Below are positions 13,058 through 17,464 of a stretch of 17,464 nucleotides of DNA, one piece after another. Within the stretch, counting starts at the first letter, position 1. Each line of letters starts with the position of its first letter. Source of the stretch: an uncultured bacterium (GTDB lineage Bacteria > Myxococcota_A > UBA796 > CAJQPC01); the NCBI GenBank assembly GCA_963934385.1, contig CAWVYO010000046.1, positions 1-17,464 on the forward strand, given 5' to 3'. Made by a program: the position numbers and the translations under genes. The notes under the pieces were generated by a model. The model saw only the letters and a program-made list of their open reading frames with translations, was not told the DNA's origin and searched no databases.

Positions 13058-14587
13058 ATGTTACCCCTTTTTATTTGCCAACTTGTAATAGCGGGGGCTT
13101 TAGCACAGGAGGTGTCGACTACACAGCCTGTGAGCCCAATGGTGGTTACATCGGATCCTGCAGAGGAGATAGACCAACCTTTCGAGCTTCGGGGGGATCT
13201 TCGAGCAGAGTACCTTATCGGGCAACCAATCATCGTAACACTGACAGTAAACAACACCAGTTCTGAGCCCGCTACCTTCCAAAACCTGTCCGCTCGGCCC
13301 TGGCTAGTCCGATTCAAAGTCGAAACTGTTGACTCTCGGGGAAACTCGGGTCAAACACAGACCAGGTTTACAACCCCACCAGAGGTCGACCCCATGACCC
13401 TCTGGACTATTCAACCACGGGGCATGAGGACTGTAGACATTGAGATCCCTTCTGGAGCCAGCCTGGGTCTCGGTGATTACAATATTTCAATTGAGGTAGA
13501 TGGCCAAGCTGGGCTCTTCGAGATCCCCACAACCCAGGTATCGATACAGGTCACAAATCCTGTAGCAGATCATCTCCCTTCTGAGGTAATGGGAATAGAG
13601 AGAACAGGGCTTCACGCTACCTGGCTTCACCGAGCTGGTGAAGGTTATGACCTCTACATACACTCGGTGAGTGGTAATCAGATTGACGGAGATAGCTTCA
13701 ACACCCACATTGCTCACCTATCTGACCCAATAGACCCCACTCTTTCGCGCTCCTTACCGGCCCAAGCCCTAAACAGGTTCATATACTGGAGACATGGCGA
13801 ACGAGGAATCGGCTTTATTGAAAGTAACGGATCGTCGCAGAACAGAGTCGACACAGTGGATCTGCCTTACCCACAGGTTGAGCTGCTAGCCCGCGGGATA
13901 ACAACAACATCTGGCGAGCTACTAATACCTCTTTGGATACCGTCACCAGCGGGCATTACCGGAGAGGTTAGAGTCGCAGAGATAAAAAATGGCAGACTCG
14001 AGGCCATCACATCGGTTGTAAGGATGCGCTCCAAACCAGTCTGGACCGAATCAGGTATCGACAGCTCTGGGGCTTTGAGGCTTCTCTTAGGGCACAGTGA
14101 AGGAGTTGACCTATACACCCTATCTGCCGCCACAGGACTCCCTGCCCGTGGACTAAGGGTGATCCAAGGTCGTGGAACCTCGACCAGAGGATCCTTTGGG
14201 ATCTCAACTTACGAAGAGCAGCAGGGGCTCTCTGTAATAACTGCCAACATTTCTGTGGGTGAGGCAGTAGATACTGAACAACCCACAGATGTGATCGCCA
14301 CTCAATGGTGGACACTCAATGGTAATCTCATCGATACCCCAACTCCTGTTGCGTTACCGGGCAACGGGAATCAAATAGAGAGCCTATTGGCTGGCCCCGA
14401 AGGGGCTTGGGTGCTCAACTATAACAGCGAGTCAGGTGTGAGTATGTTTGCGGACCAACAGGGTGAATCCAGCTCCATTGAACCTTGGGCGAACCTTATT
14501 TGGGACGCCAACGGAGATCTATGGATCCGTACCGTTAACGGGCTCGCTTTTGGAACCGCTCCTATCTCTGTCCAACCACCAAACTAA
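13058..14587 (+). CDS. Secreted hypothetical protein (509 aa) of unknown function
   Basis: The ATG is 4 nt after the stop of the preceding gene, with GGAGA upstream. The signal peptide is 'MLPLFICQLVIAGALAQE'. I recognise no conserved motif. It ends with TAA at 14585-14587. Confidence 0.7.
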   Translation: MLPLFICQLVIAGALAQEVSTTQPVSPMVVTSDPAEEIDQPFELRGDLRAEYLIGQPIIVTLTVNNTSSEPATFQNLSARPWLVRFKVETVDSRGNSGQTQTRFTTPPEVDPMTLWTIQPRGMRTVDIEIPSGASLGLGDYNISIEVDGQAGLFEIPTTQVSIQVTNPVADHLPSEVMGIERTGLHATWLHRAGEGYDLYIHSVSGNQIDGDSFNTHIAHLSDPIDPTLSRSLPAQALNRFIYWRHGERGIGFIESNGSSQNRVDTVDLPYPQVELLARGITTTSGELLIPLWIPSPAGITGEVRVAEIKNGRLEAITSVVRMRSKPVWTESGIDSSGALRLLLGHSEGVDLYTLSAATGLPARGLRVIQGRGTSTRGSFGISTYEEQQGLSVITANISVGEAVDTEQPTDVIATQWWTLNGNLIDTPTPVALPGNGNQIESLLAGPEGAWVLNYNSESGVSMFADQQGESSSIEPWANLIWDANGDLWIRTVNGLAFGTAPISVQPPN

Positions 14588-14597
14588 AAACCTACTT

Positions 14598-14638
14598 ACG
14601 CCAAAAACAAGAAGGGCCGACCCGGTTGGGGTCAGCCC
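14598..14638 (-). terminator. Rho-independent terminator, mainly for the minus-strand lipoprotein operon and possibly bidirectional: GC-rich hairpin 14614-14638, then a T-run on the minus strand
   Basis: GGGCCGACCC-GGTTG-GGGTCAGCCC forms a 10-bp stem with one mismatch and a 5-nt loop. On the minus strand it is followed by 'TTCTTGTTTTTGG', the reverse complement of 14600-14613. On the plus strand the downstream sequence 'TCACTAAATAAAAG' is not U-rich. It sits between convergent genes whose ends are at 14587 (+) and 14666 (-). Confidence 0.55.
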
Positions 14639-14665
14639 TCACTAAATAAAAGCCGAAACCCTTAC

Positions 14666-15514
14666 CTATTCTTCGTCACCACAAAGGTCTGGGTTAGCTG
14701 TGCAGAACTCAAAGAGATTGTTGTTACAGAACGCTGATTCAAGAGCTTCGAACGGCTCGTGCGCCAAATCCATATTATCTGCATCGCGAGCTTCCGATGG
14801 CATAGTACACTCGGTTAGACCGCCAATAGAGCTAGCGATATCATTACATGCGCCATCTACGATAGCGAAAGCGTAATCTACCAATCCATCATCAAGGGGT
14901 ACTGAGAAGGTGTTGAGTACAACTGTGTAGCTCTTACCAGGGTGTACAGAGGTGTCAATTGTACAATACTCAATGGCACCGCGACCACCGTGGGCATCGG
15001 GAAGGTTACCGTAACCCGCCATGTAGCACTCGTTGAACTCAAGGCGGACCTCGTTCCCGAGAGAATCCTCGTAAACAGCAGCAAAGTCGCCCATTTCGTA
15101 ACCTGGCGAGCCTGTATAGTAAGCAGTAAGACCTACCTCTAGGTCAATGTCACCATCATCTTTGTAGTTGTCTTGGTATGAATAGTTTTCGGTTGGAGAC
15201 TGCGCACTTACAGACTCGTTCCAAAACACTGCTTCTGGGTCGACCATAACGCAAACCTCTCCGCCTGTTCCAGCGAAAGTCAAGGTCGTTCCACCGTACG
15301 TCCCTGCATCTGCAGCTCCAATGCGACCGTAGTGGATCACCTCTGTACGAGAGTCCTGGAAGTCTCCAAGCTCAATAACACCCATCTCTCCTAGATCCTG
15401 AACACCTGGGTAGTTAGGGTTTGGCTCTGAGAGATATGTACGACCTTCACGGTCACAAGCTGCCAGCGTTAAACCGACAACAGAGATGGAAACAATAGCC
15501 TTAGATATAGTCAT
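14666..15514 (-). CDS. Cys-rich lipoprotein of unknown function
   Basis: The ORF track extends to a TTG at 15533-15535 (the bases are CAA on the + strand). The ATG at 15512-15514 gives a canonical lipoprotein signal 'MTISKAIVSISVVGLTLAAC' with lipobox L-A-A-C, and an AGAGGA lies 8-9 nt upstream. That start also removes the overlap with the upstream gene, leaving a 4-nt gap. The mature protein has about 8 further Cys. Confidence 0.7.
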   Translation of the reverse strand: MTISKAIVSISVVGLTLAACDREGRTYLSEPNPNYPGVQDLGEMGVIELGDFQDSRTEVIHYGRIGAADAGTYGGTTLTFAGTGGEVCVMVDPEAVFWNESVSAQSPTENYSYQDNYKDDGDIDLEVGLTAYYTGSPGYEMGDFAAVYEDSLGNEVRLEFNECYMAGYGNLPDAHGGRGAIEYCTIDTSVHPGKSYTVVLNTFSVPLDDGLVDYAFAIVDGACNDIASSIGGLTECTMPSEARDADNMDLAHEPFEALESAFCNNNLFEFCTANPDLCGDEE

Positions 15515-15518
15515 AATA

Positions 15519-16436
15519 TTAATCCTCTGCTCCAACTAGATAGTCCATTCGAACACTTACCTCTGAAGCAGATAACTCGGCTGCCCTGTAGGAATCAGCA
15601 TCTGGCTCAGTGAAAACATACGGTGCTTGTACCGTCCAATCTCCGTCGTAAATGTACTTACTCGGGAAGTTGATAAGGTCTGTAAAGTTAGCACCGTAGT
15701 AGTAATCGTTAGAATACTCGTTATTCTCCTGACCACGATCTAGATCGCAAGTTGAAAAGGTGAAGTTCTCACTAGGTGAGTCCATCCAACCCCAAATCTT
15801 CATGTCTTTTTCGTAGGTAACCTGCCAAAGGTCGAACTCTGCCTCGTAGTCACCATCAGCATTCTGCTGAAAGTCCAGATCTGAGACTATGTTGCCATCG
15901 GTGTCTAGATATTCTGACAGGAACGACAACTCACGGTCTGTGGTCATCTCAAAGAGTTCGTAGCAGTATGCTCGGAAATACTCATCGGAATCTACAACCT
16001 GCCCGAACTCATCGACAACAGGGTCACCCAAGGTGTCGCTGTACCAGTTCAAGATGTCATCGAAGTTCTTAAAGCGACCAGTGACGATCCTACAGGAGAG
16101 GTCCGAGAAACAGGCAAAGTCGTAACGACCAACTGTTCCGCCACCATATGGGTAGGTGTTACCAGGGGTTCCATCTACAATGATGGGGCCCATCTCGGGG
16201 TGTGGGTAACCGAAGTCGTCAGTGCTTACACTTGGAAACACACCGAGGATAACAGGGCCGATAGCCCTCACATCTTCGACTTCTTCCGTATCGCCTGTCT
16301 TTGCGTCAGTAACGGTAAAGACCGCTGCTTCACGTGGTAGAACGACTGTACCGCGAACATCAACCTGAGGGAGGTGCTCGTCAAAGGTGCAGCCTGTGAT
16401 CGCGATAACCGCGAGAGATAAAACAAGTGTCCGCAT
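15519..16436 (-). CDS. Lipoprotein of unknown function
   Basis: The ATG is at 16434-16436. The signal is 'MRTLVLSLAVIAITGC' with lipobox I-T-G-C. Only 2 nt separate the upstream gene's TGA (16439-16441) from this start. There are 5 further Cys and an Asp/Tyr-rich C-terminal half. I recognise no family. Confidence 0.7.
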   Translation of the reverse strand: MRTLVLSLAVIAITGCTFDEHLPQVDVRGTVVLPREAAVFTVTDAKTGDTEEVEDVRAIGPVILGVFPSVSTDDFGYPHPEMGPIIVDGTPGNTYPYGGGTVGRYDFACFSDLSCRIVTGRFKNFDDILNWYSDTLGDPVVDEFGQVVDSDEYFRAYCYELFEMTTDRELSFLSEYLDTDGNIVSDLDFQQNADGDYEAEFDLWQVTYEKDMKIWGWMDSPSENFTFSTCDLDRGQENNEYSNDYYYGANFTDLINFPSKYIYDGDWTVQAPYVFTEPDADSYRAAELSASEVSVRMDYLVGAED

Positions 16437-16438
16437 AA

Positions 16439-17464
16439 TCAGTACTCGTATTTAAGTGAGAGGGCGATTTGAAGTGGGCTCTGGCGAGAGTAGATGAACC
16501 AACGGTTCTGTGTACCAATACCAGTATTTACAGAGTCAGCCTGCTGCGCGTTTATAGAATTCTGCAGCTGACCAATCAGCCACAGTTTTCCTCGACGAAC
16601 GTCGATAGCTTGCTGAGCCATCAGGTCGATGTAGTAGGTTGGCTCAGTTCTAGCATAAGTTCCAACGTGGTCTTTCAACTGTGCATTTCCGCCGTACCCT
16701 ACAGTGTAGTAGTAACGGGTAACAGGGTAGCCAGAGAAGTATGAGAACTGGAACCCAAGACGCGTAGTCCAAGGATCGTTAGGGAAGTCATACGACCCTG
16801 CCATCTTGATTTGGTGACGAATATCAGTTGGAAGGTTTCCGTATTTCAGCTCGTATTGGGGTGGAATAGCCAACCCTGAATCTGAGCCCGTCTGGATGGT
16901 ACCACGTGAGACGACATAGGAATATGTCGAGAGCAGCTGCCATCTGTCGGAGAAGTTCTTCTTTAGTGATACGTCTGTCTGGTAGTAGTCACGACGAGAC
17001 ACTGTTGGTGTCCTTAGTCGTAAGTACTGAGCAGTATTACCGTTTGAGGTACCTACGAAGCTGTAACCATCTTGATCCCAAACAACGTTTGTCTCATCAA
17101 ACACGTAGACATTTGATGTGAACTTTGCAGAGAAGTTCACGTCGAATACGATGTCTTGGTAAAGCTCACGAGCACCACCAATTGTGAACTCGTCTGAGTG
17201 TGGTGCCGTAAGGTGCTCACCAACTCGGTTTGTGTTCTCTAGTGGAACCTGATCGGCCTCTTCAACAGAAGAGCTTGTGAAGTTGTCGAACAACTCGCCA
17301 ACAAAGAGCTTGTAACCAAACCCCGATTGAGAGAGGTCATTCGCAACACCGAGGTTTGAGATGCTGTTAAAGCGACCATAACCACCACGGATAACCGTAC
17401 GCTCATCACCCCAAGGGTCCCAAGCCATGTAGAATCGTGGTCCAAGAACGCTAACATCGACAAC
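16439..17464 (-). CDS. Outer-membrane beta-barrel protein, C-terminal portion (5' end lies beyond the window); possibly TonB-dependent-receptor-like or another large OMP
   Basis: The reading frame stays open to the window edge: upstream of the first Met the frame reads '...VVDVSVLGPRFY' with no stop. The sequence alternates aromatic and hydrophilic residues in the manner of amphipathic beta-strands and is rich in Y, G, N, T and S. The C-terminus '...LSLKYEY' ends in an aromatic residue, the typical beta-barrel assembly signal. The family call is tentative. Confidence 0.6.
   Translation of the reverse strand, partial: VVDVSVLGPRFYMAWDPWGDERTVIRGGYGRFNSISNLGVANDLSQSGFGYKLFVGELFDNFTSSSVEEADQVPLENTNRVGEHLTAPHSDEFTIGGARELYQDIVFDVNFSAKFTSNVYVFDETNVVWDQDGYSFVGTSNGNTAQYLRLRTPTVSRRDYYQTDVSLKKNFSDRWQLLSTYSYVVSRGTIQTGSDSGLAIPPQYELKYGNLPTDIRHQIKMAGSYDFPNDPWTTRLGFQFSYFSGYPVTRYYYTVGYGGNAQLKDHVGTYARTEPTYYIDLMAQQAIDVRRGKLWLIGQLQNSINAQQADSVNTGIGTQNRWFIYSRQSPLQIALSLKYEY

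Noticed and set aside
13051-14315. Several 60-102-aa ORFs antisense or off-frame within the 509-aa secreted-protein gene: 13051-13317 (-), 13075-13266 (+), 13100-13282 (-), 13487-13717 (-), 13867-14133 (-) and 14007-14315 (-)
   Set aside because: All overlap a long ORF with a good signal peptide, and none has independent support.
14448-14645. 65-aa plus-strand ORF that crosses the gene end and runs into the terminator hairpin
   Set aside because: It is out of frame with the real gene and extends through the terminator stem, so it is unlikely to be translated.
14878-15142. 68-aa (-) and 66-aa (+) ORFs inside the Cys-rich lipoprotein gene
   Set aside because: Off-frame or antisense artefacts.
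15515-15535. Longer N-terminus for the 14666-15535 gene, starting at the TTG and giving 'MEQRINIM...'
   Set aside because: The internal ATG at 15512-15514 gives a textbook lipoprotein signal and proper SD spacing, and it removes a 17-nt overlap with the upstream gene. The extra 7 residues lack a positive n-region.
16469-17463. Small ORFs at 16469-16744 (+), 16906-17121 (+) and 17239-17463 (-) inside the OMP gene
   Set aside because: Embedded in or antisense to the long beta-barrel ORF.

Overview
This 17.5-kb window reads like a diderm (Gram-negative) bacterial chromosome at roughly 50% GC. It is densely coding, with no rRNA, tRNA, CRISPR or recognisable mobile element. The content falls into five blocks.

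- **1-2339:** a complete minus-strand GHKL-type ATPase protein, then a divergent promoter region, then a plus-strand SPFH protein. That SPFH protein resembles B. subtilis YdjI and carries two C-terminal DUF4339/GYF_2 domains with proline-rich tails.
- **2340-11736:** five minus-strand genes. aspS (aspartyl-tRNA synthetase) is unmistakable. Upstream of it lies a 1692-aa, extremely acidic lipoprotein built from about 46 copies of a 21-residue Cys-bracketed DxDxDG calcium-binding-loop motif, arranged as 23 alternating di-repeats. Its GTG start overlaps the TGA stop of a 4xPEGA membrane protein. Further upstream are a PEGA-like secreted protein and a thioredoxin-fold protein whose CxxC has become SGGS.
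- **11822-14587:** a plus-strand CCA-adding or poly(A)-polymerase family nucleotidyltransferase, immediately followed by a 509-aa secreted protein of unknown function.
- **14614-14638:** a GC-rich hairpin terminator between convergent genes.
- **14666-17464:** a tightly coupled minus-strand operon of an outer-membrane beta-barrel, truncated at its 5' end by the window edge, and two Cys-rich lipoproteins.

The most unusual element is the PEGA / giant polyanionic repeat lipoprotein envelope module. I did no database search, so every family call rests on motifs recalled from memory. PEGA and MopE-like motifs are frequent in Myxococcota- and Bdellovibrio-like lineages, but that is a guess.
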